A stretch of DNA of 64,000 nt from Candidatus Altiarchaeota archaeon (GTDB taxonomy: Archaea > Altiarchaeota > Altiarchaeia > IMC4 > SCGC-AAA252-I15), in assembly GCA_043800255.1 (NCBI GenBank), contig JAZDNF010000001.1, forward strand, positions 160,001 through 224,000. The letters are read 5' to 3'. This document shows, piece by piece, positions 10,486-20,420 of the stretch (positions within the stretch are counted from its first letter, which is position 1; every line of letters starts with the position of its first letter). The notes below the pieces were generated by a model. It was given only the letters and a program-made list of their open reading frames with translations. It was not told the DNA's origin and did not search any database. Position numbers and translations under genes: made by a program.

Positions 10486-10931
10486 TTATCGCCTCCCTTC
10501 TCCTCGATTTTAGCCTCCTTCTTCTCTTTGGGTTTTTTACCCGCTTCAGCCGCTTTGGGTTCAGCCTTTTTCTCTTCTTCTTTCTCCTTGGGCTTACCTT
10601 CCGCGCCCTCCTTGCTCGCTTTGGCTTCGTCAGGTTCGGCAGCCTTCTCTTCCTTCTTCTGCTCGAAGTTCTTACGCATTATGTGTTCTGGCTCGATTTT
10701 CATGGCGTTAATGTTACCGTAGACTTTAGCGTATCCTGAAGCCACCCTGGCTCCAAATTCTGACCTAATGTTGTCTACGACGAGAAGCTTCTCGTCGGCC
10801 TTCAGCTTTTTTATGAGGTCGCCTCTGACCTGCTTCATGCTTGGCGTTGCTCCCTCATACTTTACTTTGAACGTTACCTCCCTCCTGCTCAGCAGTTTGT
10901 TGTCCCTCTCGTTTTTTATCTCAATCTCCAC
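10482..10931 (-). CDS. rps24e: 30S ribosomal protein S24e
   Basis: N.LLSRREV.F...GATPS and GYAKVY motifs; charged C-terminal tail. Confidence 0.93.
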   Translation of the reverse strand: MEIEIKNERDNKLLSRREVTFKVKYEGATPSMKQVRGDLIKKLKADEKLLVVDNIRSEFGARVASGYAKVYGNINAMKIEPEHIMRKNFEQKKEEKAAEPDEAKASKEGAEGKPKEKEEEKKAEPKAAEAGKKPKEKKEAKIEEKGGDK

Positions 10932-11421
10932 CTTCCATCTCCTCCAGTATTTTTTTCACCTTATCCTTTGCTTTCTTGTCGATTCTGACTTCTACGATGC
11001 CCTCACCAGGCTGGCCGTATACTACCGTCCATCCGGCAGGCGAGAGGCTTATGGCAGCCAGCGCTGTCAGGTCCTCCTCTCCTACGACATGTATCTTGGT
11101 TCTCCCCCCGGACTCTAAGGCCTCCCTAAGGGCGTCGAACGCCTCATCTGTCAAGGTGCCAGGCGGGTTTTCGACCGTGATATCCTCAGCCGCGAACTCT
11201 CTTATTGTGGCGTGAGGTTCTATAATCCTCCTCTCGACTTTGTTGTCGTATACCACTATTTGAGGTTGGATTCCCGCTCTAAGGAGGTTGTCAGAGACTG
11301 TGTCTCCGACGGATATTAGCTTATTGCCCTTCAAGCCGTCTACCCTCGTTATAAGCCTTCCAAGAGGCTTCTTAAGCGTTTCCCTCAAATGTCCTCTGAG
11401 CTGGTATCTGGCGTAAGCCAT
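10921..11421 (-). CDS. GTP-dependent dephospho-CoA kinase (DUF359)
   Basis: LKKPLG, VGD, NPPG, GEEDL and VVYGQPGEG motifs; conserved position between spt4 and rps24e. Confidence 0.88.
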   Translation of the reverse strand: MAYARYQLRGHLRETLKKPLGRLITRVDGLKGNKLISVGDTVSDNLLRAGIQPQIVVYDNKVERRIIEPHATIREFAAEDITVENPPGTLTDEAFDALREALESGGRTKIHVVGEEDLTALAAISLSPAGWTVVYGQPGEGIVEVRIDKKAKDKVKKILEEMEGGD

Positions 11422-11597
11422 TATCTGACTTTGAGAGCGTACTGGCCAGGCTTTTTTATGTCCATGCGTTTTGCGATTTCAGACGTTTCAGGGTCTATTA
11501 TTGCCATATATCCTGTCCAATACTGCGTGGTGTTTGTCTTGCAGTCGTGGCACTTCTCATCCTCCATAAGCCTCTTACAGCTCTTGCATGCTCTCAT
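11421..11597 (-). CDS. spt4: Transcription elongation factor Spt4 (RpoE2), 58 aa; not in the ORF track
   Basis: Manual translation: MRACKSCKRLMEDEKCHDCKTNTTQYWTGYMAIIDPETSEIAKRMDIKKPGQYALKVR. Start overlaps the rpoE1 stop. Confidence 0.93.
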   Translation of the reverse strand: MRACKSCKRLMEDEKCHDCKTNTTQYWTGYMAIIDPETSEIAKRMDIKKPGQYALKVR

Positions 11598-12166
11598 TTT
11601 TCAGCACTGGCCTTTTTCTTCTTCTGTTTGCGCTCCTCATCAAGCCACTCAAGCTTCCCGAGGTATGGCTGCCTCATGGTGAGGCCGATTTTTGAGTCTG
11701 ATATCCTGTCTTTCAGGCTTATTGTAACGATCCTTGCCCTTACCAGGTCTTCGACCTTCATGACTTTCTTGGACTCCTTCCCGGAGAGGACTCCGCCTTT
11801 CTGGTCGTAGTCCATGTAGTCTTCAGTAATCTGGGAGACGTGTATCAGCCCGTCCATGGGGCCGCAGCTTACGAAGGCTCCGAATTCAAGAATCTCGGTG
11901 ACCTTCCCCTCGACGACCTCGTGCAGCATAGGCTGGTATACTAGGGCCTTGAACTTTGCCTCATAGTATATTGCGCCGTCCCCTCTTATGACCCTGCCCT
12001 CTCCAACGTCATCGACCTCGGTTATGGCGAGGAAAATCCCAATGTCCTTGTTAACCCTGCCCACTATCGTGTTCTCAAGCTCAGAGATAATCGCCTTGTC
12101 AAGTTCCTCTGAGAACCTTCGGGGCGGTATCCTAACAGTGTCCTCAACGGTAACGATCTTGTACAT
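11594..12166 (-). CDS. rpoE1: DNA-directed RNA polymerase subunit E' (Rpo7)
   Basis: VRIPP, GDGAIYY, S1-domain GPMDGLIHVSQI and KIGLTMRQPYLGK motifs. Confidence 0.95.
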   Translation of the reverse strand: MYKIVTVEDTVRIPPRRFSEELDKAIISELENTIVGRVNKDIGIFLAITEVDDVGEGRVIRGDGAIYYEAKFKALVYQPMLHEVVEGKVTEILEFGAFVSCGPMDGLIHVSQITEDYMDYDQKGGVLSGKESKKVMKVEDLVRARIVTISLKDRISDSKIGLTMRQPYLGKLEWLDEERKQKKKKASAEK

Positions 12167-12196
12167 TCTAGGTTCTTAAGTATATGAAAGATTGTA

Positions 12197-12568
12197 TTAA
12201 ATACTCACAAGCCGGTCTTTTCCGAGCAGTGTTATTACTGCCGTTCCCTCCTTCCTGAGTCTTCCCCTCAAAACCTTGTCGTTTGTGCATATCACAACCT
12301 CGTTCTTGCTGGCATATTCTCGGATAGCGTCGTCGACATGGCCCTCGCTGTCAATAATCTTGACGTTCTCCTTTTCTATGAGTTTTATCCCCACAGAGGC
12401 TGCCGCGGCGTCACCGCCTCTCCCGGCCGCCAGTTTTTTGAGTTCGTCGACGATGCCGCTTAGTGTAATAAATTCGGCGTCGCTTATTATATCCTGGATT
12501 CCTGAGAATATGTCGATCTTGTTCGTATGCGGGAGCATCAGGAAGTTCGTGTCAAAGAGAACTCTCAT
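12197..12568 (-). CDS. PIN-domain protein (Fcf1/Utp24-like)
   Basis: VLFDTNFL, VDD and CTND motifs; conserved position between aIF2g and rpoE1. Confidence 0.85.
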   Translation of the reverse strand: MRVLFDTNFLMLPHTNKIDIFSGIQDIISDAEFITLSGIVDELKKLAAGRGGDAAAASVGIKLIEKENVKIIDSEGHVDDAIREYASKNEVVICTNDKVLRGRLRKEGTAVITLLGKDRLVSI

Positions 12569-12569
12569 G

Positions 12570-13778
12570 TTATTCTATTATCCCGTAGCCGATAAGCCTC
12601 CATCTGGTTTCGAATCTTCTGCTTATCGCGACCTTTGAGCCGGCGTCGGCGCAGATTGGGAGTTTGAGCTTGAGTTCGCCTGTTTTCGGGTTCGTGACAT
12701 AGCCGACGGTCATCGAAGTCCCAACACTTAGCATCAGCGGCTCATCCTTCTGTAGTGGTTTCACATGGTCTTTTTCACGGCTTCCGACAAGCGTGTCAAA
12801 CAGTTTGACTTTGAGGTTCAGCATGTCCCTTATCTCAGGCAGCGTTCCAGGCTTTCCTACAAGGTTGCCTGACAGGTTGTCCGCTTTGCTCAGAGATGGG
12901 TCGAGTTTGGTGCCTATTGCAATCAGGCCGCCGGGAGCTGCCTCATCTATGTCGGAACCGCCTGCGTTGAGACTGGCAACTTCAGTCATTAGCGGAATAT
13001 AGTTGTTTTTCACCCTGATGCCAGGCTTCAACTCTATTGCATCGCCGATTTTGAACGTGCCCTGTATCACGGAGCCGCCTATCACAGCGCCCTTGAGCGT
13101 CTGTATCTTTGAACCTGGTTTGTTGATGTCGAACGAGCGGGCGACGTACATCCTCGGAGACTTTTCGAGGTTCCTCTTTGGAGTTGGTATGTGGTCTTGG
13201 ATGGCCTTTATCAGCACGTCTATGTTTGCTCCGTAGTGGGCTGCTATTGGTATTATGGGGGAGTCCTTCGCTATCGAGTTTCCCACGAATTCCCTGATCT
13301 GCTGCTGGTTCTTTATGGCTTCATCCTTTGAAACCAGGTCTATCTTGTTCTGAGCTATGACAACATTTTTGACATCCATGCTGTCCAAGGCCATCAGGTG
13401 TTCCGCGGTCTGCGGCTGAGGGCATGGCTCGTTCGCTGCTATGACGAGGAGTGCGCCGTCCATGAGGGCTGCGCCGGATAGCATGGTCGCCATAAGCGTC
13501 TCGTGTCCCGGCGAGTCCACGAAAGATACTTTCCTCAGAATCTTGGCCTCTTGGCCGCATCTGGGGCATTTGTTCTGGGTGCAGTAGCATTCAGGCTCAT
13601 CGCACTTGGGGCACTTGTAGAATGTGCAGTCTGCGTAGCCAAGCCTTATGGAAATTCCCTTCTTTATCTCCTCGCTGTGCTTGTCGGTCCAGATGCCGCT
13701 CAACGCCTTTGTGAGCGTTGTCTTGCCGTGATCTACGTGACCTACCAATCCTATGTTTATCTCAGACTGCGTTACCAA
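12570..13778 (-). CDS. eif2g: Translation initiation factor 2 gamma subunit
   Basis: [19 protein letters not shown], zinc-binding Cys, [10 protein letters not shown] and RWRLIGYG motifs. Confidence 0.96.
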   Translation of the reverse strand: MVTQSEINIGLVGHVDHGKTTLTKALSGIWTDKHSEEIKKGISIRLGYADCTFYKCPKCDEPECYCTQNKCPRCGQEAKILRKVSFVDSPGHETLMATMLSGAALMDGALLVIAANEPCPQPQTAEHLMALDSMDVKNVVIAQNKIDLVSKDEAIKNQQQIREFVGNSIAKDSPIIPIAAHYGANIDVLIKAIQDHIPTPKRNLEKSPRMYVARSFDINKPGSKIQTLKGAVIGGSVIQGTFKIGDAIELKPGIRVKNNYIPLMTEVASLNAGGSDIDEAAPGGLIAIGTKLDPSLSKADNLSGNLVGKPGTLPEIRDMLNLKVKLFDTLVGSREKDHVKPLQKDEPLMLSVGTSMTVGYVTNPKTGELKLKLPICADAGSKVAISRRFETRWRLIGYGIIE

Positions 13779-13813
13779 TCTATCCTCCTGAGAAGTTTGA
13801 AGGCTTAAGAGTC

Positions 13814-14239
13814 TTAAGCCTGCTCTTTTCCGGCGTCTGCTTTCTCCCCTTCTTTGGGCTCTTTCTGCACGCCTAGCAGCTCTTCGACGCTCTTTTTGCC
13901 GTACTCGACTATCTTAGTGTTTATCTGGACTGTCTCTTGGGTTACTGCCGCTCCTCGGACTCTCTTTTTTCTTCTAACGCTTCTTGCCGGGTTGTAGCCA
14001 ACCCCGCCTGCCACGAGTATCTTCTTAGCGGCGCCGCCTTCGATTCCTCTCTTCATCGGAAAGCCGCTGCTGTCGCTGCCGCCTGTTATCCTAATCTTGT
14101 AGCCAGGCAGTCCGACGATGGTTCCGTCAGCCTCTCCTCCTATCTTGAGGTTTACGAACCGGTTGGCCTTCTCATCCTTTATCTCCTGCTGGTAAGACTT
14201 CCCCGTCTTCGGGTCTGATATAACAACTTTGAATTCCAT
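13814..14239 (-). CDS. rps6e: 30S ribosomal protein S6e
   Basis: [27 protein letters not shown] and RKKRVRG motifs. Confidence 0.95.
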   Translation of the reverse strand: MEFKVVISDPKTGKSYQQEIKDEKANRFVNLKIGGEADGTIVGLPGYKIRITGGSDSSGFPMKRGIEGGAAKKILVAGGVGYNPARSVRRKKRVRGAAVTQETVQINTKIVEYGKKSVEELLGVQKEPKEGEKADAGKEQA

Positions 14240-14317
14240 CTTTTTTTTGGAGTATAATGTATAAGACTTTATCTTAAAAAACGATTTATTGGAGGGGATT
14301 GCCTGCCTGCTGATAGT

Positions 14318-17077
14318 TTAAACTATTTCGTCGATGTTCCTGATCATTATCATCTTGTATCTGCTTTGAAGCTCGTCAGGGATGTCTGACACGGTTATTA
14401 TCTCCTTGGCTTTCATCCTCTCAGCAACGACCAGCAGGTTCGAGAGCTCATGGTCGATGCTGAATTCGTTAGCTATCCTGTCCGAGTTCTCAAGCTCCTC
14501 CTGGCTCAGGCTGACTGCTTTGACGTTCTGTTTGATACTATCATCAAGGTTTTCCAGGATATCATCGGTTGCTGCTATCTTCCCGTACTTTCTGAGCTTT
14601 TCGGAGTCGTAGAGTGCCATAAGAGAGCTTCTGTCAGCGAGAGTGTAAACTCTGCGCCTCCTCCACCATCGTGTGTACAGGCTCATCGTTAGAATTGTTC
14701 CGAGGATGGATCCTCCCCCTATGACTGTCTTGTCTAAGACAATAATGGTGGAGTCGACTGGATTGTATCCTGGCTTGGAGGCTTTAACCCTCCACAGACC
14801 CATGGCGTCTACATTGACTATTGCTGTCCCTTCCCGGTTTGTCCTGTAATAATCTATGCCATCATTCGGGCTCTGCACTATGATCAGGGACTGCAGCTTA
14901 CGGCCTAACTCGTCTGCTGTTGTTATCGTGATATTCTCGCCGATGGTTGCATATCCTGGTATCTCGATTATCATGAGCGGGAACGAGCTGAGCTGGGGGC
15001 ATGGGGGGCATTTTGAGCCGCAGTCTATCCCCTCCTCGTCCCCGCTGAATATGCCGTCAGAGCAGTGGCATGGGAGGCATTCTCCTCCGCAGTCAACGCT
15101 CTCTTCGTTACCGTTCAAAATGCCGTCCCTGCATGAACAGGGTAAGCATTCTCCTCCGCAGTCAACCTGCGTTTCATTCTGGTTTAGTATGCCGTCATCG
15201 CATGTCGGTTCCAGTCCGCATATTACGATGTTTGATAGCACCTCCTCTGTGATATATCCCTCCTTTGAGGCTGTTATGTTGTAACGGCCTTCGTCGCGCG
15301 GTATGAAGGCGGCATTCCCTCCTGGGTCGGTCAGCATGCTGTCATATTGGACATCCCCCAGGCCGACTTTGATGGAGGCATTCTCCATAGGCTGTCCATC
15401 ATACTCGTCCAGCGCCCTCAGATAAACCGGCTGGTTAAGGCATGAGCATTCGACTTCCAGTTTTATGTACCCTCTGTCCCTGCTTATTATCTCGATTGCA
15501 TTCTGTATCGAAGCAGTAACCGACGTGTTGGTCAAAGCTGTTATCGTCCCATTGTAGACTGTCTTGTTCAGCCCGTAATCCAGCTCATAGATCAGTCCGA
15601 ATTCGGCACTCTCACCGGCTTTGATGACAGATGTCTGGGGGTTTATGCGGACTCTCGCAGACTGTATCCGCCCTGAACCCGATATCAGGTCTGCTATCGT
15701 GAAGCCTGTTACTGTAAGAGCCTGTGACGCGTATGACGTGAAGACAGTTGATGCGGCCTCCCTCTGCCCCGACCTGCCCCTGACCAGTATGTCCTCTCCA
15801 ATCAGGCACGGAGGGCAATCCCCTCCACAGTCTATGAGCTCCTCATCAGCATCCAGCATGTCGTTCGCGCATGATAGGTTGTAGACTATGGCGTCCGCAT
15901 AGTTTGAGCCTGTCAGTCCCACACGGTCTTCAGCGTTTACGTTGCATCTCCACAGTCCCGTCCTCGTTGCCGGCTCTATGAGGAACTTCGCTGCAGCGAT
16001 GCCTTCCAGTTCAGAGGTCTGATTGGTTGCCGTCTCGTTCGGACTTATCCCCTCTCTTGTCTCGACGTTTGTGAACGTTATATTCACAATCCTTATGTTG
16101 TCGAACCCGTTCTCGTCTCTCAGGGTTCCGTTGCATTCTACCGTCTTTGTGATGTTCGGTTCCAGTACGATGGGATATGTGATACGGACTCCGCCAACAG
16201 AGGGCGGCACATCCCCCAAAAGCACGTTTAGGGTAAGATTCAGGTCTAAGGTTACGGTCGTGTTTGTCGTGAATGCCAGGGTTCCGGTGTAGGTGCCTGA
16301 GCTTGCGTTAGAGGGAACCTCGACTGAAAGAGTAAAGTATGCTCTGCCTCGCTCTTGCAAATCCGCTGTTTCCGGGCTTACATATGCTCTACTCCTCCTT
16401 ATCGTGCCTGCCTGCGATTGCAGGTCTGACGAGTAATGCCCCGCTATCGTCATATGCTGCGGTGTTGCAGATGAGAGCACTATCTCAGCGGTTACAGCCT
16501 CCCCAGGATTTGCGGTTAATATGATGTCGTCTCCGCTCAGGCACGGCGGGCATAATGTTCCTCCGCAGTCGGTCAACTCCTCCCCTGCGTCTGATATGTT
16601 GTTAGAGCAGGCTGCAGAGTACAGAGTAATCTCTGTCACGTTGTAGCCTGATGCGCTCGACTTGTCCGCCGCCGTCAGCTTGCACTTCCACTCCCCCAGG
16701 CTGGCTTCCGGCTGTATGTTAAAGAACACGCTGGCCCTCTTGGATAGGTTGTCTACGTTGGAGAATGTGGTCTGATAACTGGCATAGTGATCTCTAGGAT
16801 TGTCCTGAGAGGACTCTGAGCTATAGTTACTGTTCCAGAGCAGGCCGGACACGGTTGAGATATCTTCTCTGCCGTTCAAGTCCGTGATGGTAGAATTGCA
16901 CGAGAGTATTATGCTGGCGCCCTCCATTATAAGGGATTCCGGCGTCTCTATCCTGCCGACATGCGGGGGAGTGTTCTCTATGCTGATGTTGATAAAAGAC
17001 AGACCCTCAGCTTGGGCGAGGCCGGACACTATGGCAGATAGGAGGATGCACGCAATTATCCTGTGCTTTAATCTCAT
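14318..17077 (-). CDS. Secreted, membrane-anchored protein with duplicated Ig-like modules and Cys-rich DCGG repeats
   Basis: Signal peptide; two similar beta-rich modules; five CxDG/N..E..DCG..CxPC repeats; TM helix followed by RRRR; about 110-aa C-terminal domain. Confidence 0.7.
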   Translation of the reverse strand: MRLKHRIIACILLSAIVSGLAQAEGLSFINISIENTPPHVGRIETPESLIMEGASIILSCNSTITDLNGREDISTVSGLLWNSNYSSESSQDNPRDHYASYQTTFSNVDNLSKRASVFFNIQPEASLGEWKCKLTAADKSSASGYNVTEITLYSAACSNNISDAGEELTDCGGTLCPPCLSGDDIILTANPGEAVTAEIVLSSATPQHMTIAGHYSSDLQSQAGTIRRSRAYVSPETADLQERGRAYFTLSVEVPSNASSGTYTGTLAFTTNTTVTLDLNLTLNVLLGDVPPSVGGVRITYPIVLEPNITKTVECNGTLRDENGFDNIRIVNITFTNVETREGISPNETATNQTSELEGIAAAKFLIEPATRTGLWRCNVNAEDRVGLTGSNYADAIVYNLSCANDMLDADEELIDCGGDCPPCLIGEDILVRGRSGQREAASTVFTSYASQALTVTGFTIADLISGSGRIQSARVRINPQTSVIKAGESAEFGLIYELDYGLNKTVYNGTITALTNTSVTASIQNAIEIISRDRGYIKLEVECSCLNQPVYLRALDEYDGQPMENASIKVGLGDVQYDSMLTDPGGNAAFIPRDEGRYNITASKEGYITEEVLSNIVICGLEPTCDDGILNQNETQVDCGGECLPCSCRDGILNGNEESVDCGGECLPCHCSDGIFSGDEEGIDCGSKCPPCPQLSSFPLMIIEIPGYATIGENITITTADELGRKLQSLIIVQSPNDGIDYYRTNREGTAIVNVDAMGLWRVKASKPGYNPVDSTIIVLDKTVIGGGSILGTILTMSLYTRWWRRRRVYTLADRSSLMALYDSEKLRKYGKIAATDDILENLDDSIKQNVKAVSLSQEELENSDRIANEFSIDHELSNLLVVAERMKAKEIITVSDIPDELQSRYKMIMIRNIDEIV

Positions 17078-18942
17078 TTTATCCCCTTCTCAAGCAGCTT
17101 CCTGACATCTTCAGGCCTGGCGCGTCCTTTGGCTGCTGCCATCACCTGGCCCATGAGGTAGTTTATGGCTCCGGCACCCTTTTCTTCCATAACTTTTTGA
17201 TTCTTTTTCAGCGTCTCCTCCATGATCTTTGCAAGCTCCTTCTGGTTGAGCATTCCCAACTCCCTGTCGTTTATGATTCCTCTGACATCTCCTTCTGGCG
17301 TTTTCGCTATCTCAGCAAGAAGCTGGGGTATAACATCCTTTGCTAAGACGCCCTCATCGATTAGACTGAATATGTCATTGAAATGTTCATCCCTGATGTT
17401 TTCAACATCCACGTTGAACCTCTTTTTGACCTCCTTCGGCGTTGAGAGTATCGTGGTTGCAATCACTGAGGGTTTTACTCTCTCATACCTCTTGGAGTAG
17501 TCTAGTATAACCTCTCCCTTGCCTGACCTGGCGGCCTGCGATGCCAGCTCCCTGGTCAGACCCAGCTTAACAAGTCTCTCCATCTTCTGTTCCGGGAGCT
17601 CAGGCAACGTCTCCCTTATCCCCTCCAGATGGGGAGGATCAATCGGCACCTCGTCTGTCTCAGGGTACATCCTCCCAGAACCTGGAAGCGGCCTCATGAA
17701 CTCCGTCCTACCGTCCTCCAAAGCCCGCCTAGTCTCCTTTGGGACTCCCCTGAGAGCCTGGACACACCTATCTGCGACGTCCTCCAGAGCTGTCTTGCAC
17801 CTCTCCTCGTCGCCCGCTATTATGACAAACGCATCATCACCTCTGACATCAAGCCTCTCTTTTATGTTACTAATCTCCTCCTCAGTTATCCCATACTTAG
17901 AAAGCTCCTCATCAGAGTGGAATATGCCCGGTATCCCTGAGCGGGATTTCGCGTACTGGGCAAGTTCAGGCCCTAATTTTCTTCCAAATAGGTTAGTGAA
18001 ACCATGTAGCCTAAGGCCCAGAACCATGCCCCTCCCGTCTAACGCCCTCCTGATTACAGACGATTTCGTGTTCTTGAACACACCAGTAACGTCAACGAAC
18101 TTCTTTTCAATACCGTTTTCCTGCACTTTCCTCTCCTTGAGAATGTTCCTGGCCTCTAAGAGCATAAGCTGCCGTCCAACCTCGTTCTCAACTATCTTCG
18201 ATATGAGCCTAAGGTCCTGCACGCCTTTCACCTCAACCCTTTCGCCATCCTTTACAGAGACGTTTAGGTCCTGCCTTATGGTCCCAAGGCCCCTCCTTAC
18301 ACTACCTGTCGCCCTCAGTATCATGCCAATCTTCTCAGCCGTCTCCCTCGCATGCTCCTGGCTTATGATGTCAGGGCCTGTCGCTATCTCAATGAGGGGG
18401 ATGCCAAGCCTGTCAAGCCTGTAGTAGACCTTCCCATCATCCTCCTTGATTTTCCTGGCGGCGTCCTCCTCCAAGCATATTGTGGGAATCGTCACCTCAC
18501 CCTGGCTGGTCTCAAGTTTGCCGTCCAACGCTACCAGGACAGTCCTCTGGAACCCGGTTGTGTTAGAACCATCCACCACAGTCTTTCTCATAACGTGGAG
18601 CTGGTCAACCACATGCGCGTTAAGCATCAGCGCAACCTTCAGCACTATGCCAAGAGCCGCCCGGTTCATGGGATGAGGCGGCTCCTCGTCCAATTCGACC
18701 AGACAGTTGGTGTCATCGTAGGCCTCATAAATCAGCGTCCTGTCTCTCAGGAACTCGTGCAGTGCTGCGGGGTCGACATCGCCCAGCTCGCCTGCGACCG
18801 CTCTCATCCTCCTCTCGACCCTGATGTCAGGCTCGTCCTCCCTTATAACCGAGGGGCAGGAGCAGAACAGCTTGCCAGTATCAAGCTGCTGGTGTATTTC
18901 GATGCCGCACTTCAGACCAACCTTCCTATAGTCAAGACCCAT
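17074..18942 (-). CDS. gatE: Glu-tRNA(Gln) amidotransferase subunit E
   Basis: GIEIHQQL, KLFC, DGSNTTGFQRT, LDRLGIPLIEIAT and RMYPETD motifs plus GAD insertion. Confidence 0.96.
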   Translation of the reverse strand: MGLDYRKVGLKCGIEIHQQLDTGKLFCSCPSVIREDEPDIRVERRMRAVAGELGDVDPAALHEFLRDRTLIYEAYDDTNCLVELDEEPPHPMNRAALGIVLKVALMLNAHVVDQLHVMRKTVVDGSNTTGFQRTVLVALDGKLETSQGEVTIPTICLEEDAARKIKEDDGKVYYRLDRLGIPLIEIATGPDIISQEHARETAEKIGMILRATGSVRRGLGTIRQDLNVSVKDGERVEVKGVQDLRLISKIVENEVGRQLMLLEARNILKERKVQENGIEKKFVDVTGVFKNTKSSVIRRALDGRGMVLGLRLHGFTNLFGRKLGPELAQYAKSRSGIPGIFHSDEELSKYGITEEEISNIKERLDVRGDDAFVIIAGDEERCKTALEDVADRCVQALRGVPKETRRALEDGRTEFMRPLPGSGRMYPETDEVPIDPPHLEGIRETLPELPEQKMERLVKLGLTRELASQAARSGKGEVILDYSKRYERVKPSVIATTILSTPKEVKKRFNVDVENIRDEHFNDIFSLIDEGVLAKDVIPQLLAEIAKTPEGDVRGIINDRELGMLNQKELAKIMEETLKKNQKVMEEKGAGAINYLMGQVMAAAKGRARPEDVRKLLEKGIK

Positions 18943-19001
18943 CGGTTATATATCTGATTTAACAATTAAACGCCTAAATCATTACTGCACTTCTCCACGA
19001 A

Positions 19002-20228
19002 ATGAACGAATATAACATCGACTTCCACATACATTCGAAGTACAGCGGGGGGACGTCGCCTGAGATGGAGCTGCCTGTAATCGCCAGCCAGGCGCAGCTT
19101 AAAGGTTTGGATGTGATGGGAACAAGCGACTGCCTGCATGGCAAATGGCTTAAGCACATGCGGGACAAGCTTCAGCCGTCTGCTGAAGGCGTCTACAGCA
19201 TCAAGGATTCGAAGACGAAGTTCATAGTAACAACCGAGATCGAGGACGAGCGGAGAGTCCATCACATACTACTGTTCCCCTCAATAGAGTCTGCTGAGGA
19301 CATGAGAGACCGCCTGAAGAAGCTGTCCCCGAATCTTGACAGCGACGGCAGGCCTAACCTGCGGCTTAACGGGGAGGCGCTTGTGGACTGCGCGAACGAG
19401 GTTGACGCGCTGGTCGGGCCATCCCACGCTTTTACTCCGTGGACTGCGGTCTACAAGGAATACGGGAGCCTCAGGGAATGCTACGGCAGCAATCTCAAGC
19501 ACATAAAGTTCCTGGAGCTGGGCCTTTCAGCAGACTCTGACATGGCTGACACGTTGTCGGAGCTTCAGGATATCGTGTTCATGTCGAACTCCGACTGCCA
19601 CAGCCCCTGGCCCCACCGCATTGGAAGGGAATTCAACCGGCTGCTCCTGAAGGAAGTATCCTTTAAAGAGATTGTGAAGGCGTTCGACAGGAACGGAGGC
19701 AGGAAGTTCACGCTGAACGCAGGCCTCAACCCTAAGGAGGGAAAATACCATGTCACCGCCTGCAGCAGATGCTTCACGAAGTTCAGGATAGACGATGCTG
19801 TCAGCCTCAAATACCGGTGCCCGGAGTGCAGGGGCCTCATAAAGAAGGGAGTCTCCGACAGGATACGGGAGCTCGCTGACAGAAGCCAGCCCGTCCGGCC
19901 AAAGCACAGGCCCCCCTACCTTCATATCCTGCCTCTGGCTGAGGTGATATCCCTTGCGAAGGGCGTGAAATCGCTTTTCAGCAAGAAAGTCCAGGACGAC
20001 TGGAAACTGATTGTCGGAAAATTCGGGACCGAGATAAACGCTCTCGTCGACGTCCCCGTTGACGAGATAAAGAAGGCAGACCAGCAGATTGGCATCGTCA
20101 TAGAACGGTTCAGAACAGGAAGGATATCCTATGTTGCCGGAGGCGGAGGCCAGTACGGCAGGCCAACGCTGAAGGAGGAAAAGGAGATATACTTCGGAGC
20201 AGGCCAGAAGAAACTAACTGAGTGGTAG
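19002..20228 (+). CDS. endoQ: Endonuclease Q (PHP domain + zinc finger, TIGR00375 family)
   Basis: HIHSKYS, HAFTPW, ELGLSAD, NSDCHS, GKYH..CSRC..CPEC and GGGGQYG motifs. Confidence 0.85.
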   Translation: MNEYNIDFHIHSKYSGGTSPEMELPVIASQAQLKGLDVMGTSDCLHGKWLKHMRDKLQPSAEGVYSIKDSKTKFIVTTEIEDERRVHHILLFPSIESAEDMRDRLKKLSPNLDSDGRPNLRLNGEALVDCANEVDALVGPSHAFTPWTAVYKEYGSLRECYGSNLKHIKFLELGLSADSDMADTLSELQDIVFMSNSDCHSPWPHRIGREFNRLLLKEVSFKEIVKAFDRNGGRKFTLNAGLNPKEGKYHVTACSRCFTKFRIDDAVSLKYRCPECRGLIKKGVSDRIRELADRSQPVRPKHRPPYLHILPLAEVISLAKGVKSLFSKKVQDDWKLIVGKFGTEINALVDVPVDEIKKADQQIGIVIERFRTGRISYVAGGGGQYGRPTLKEEKEIYFGAGQKKLTEW

Positions 20229-20231
20229 ACT

Positions 20232-20420
20232 ATGATATCCTATATCCAATCTGCAAGCGCATACATCGACCCTGGAACAGGCGGCATGATAGTAGGCGGT
20301 CTCTGGCCTGTCATAACCGGCGCCTTAGCGCTTGCTGTCGGCCTGTTCATCAAATACCTGCTCAAACCAACAAAGAAATCTGTGGCTGATTTATGGAAAA
20401 AGATACGAGGAAAAACCTGA
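20232..20420 (+). CDS. Small single-TM protein with YIDPGTGG motif
   Basis: AYIDPGTGG followed by a hydrophobic helix and basic tail; overlaps the next gene. Confidence 0.7.
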   Translation: MISYIQSASAYIDPGTGGMIVGGLWPVITGALALAVGLFIKYLLKPTKKSVADLWKKIRGKT

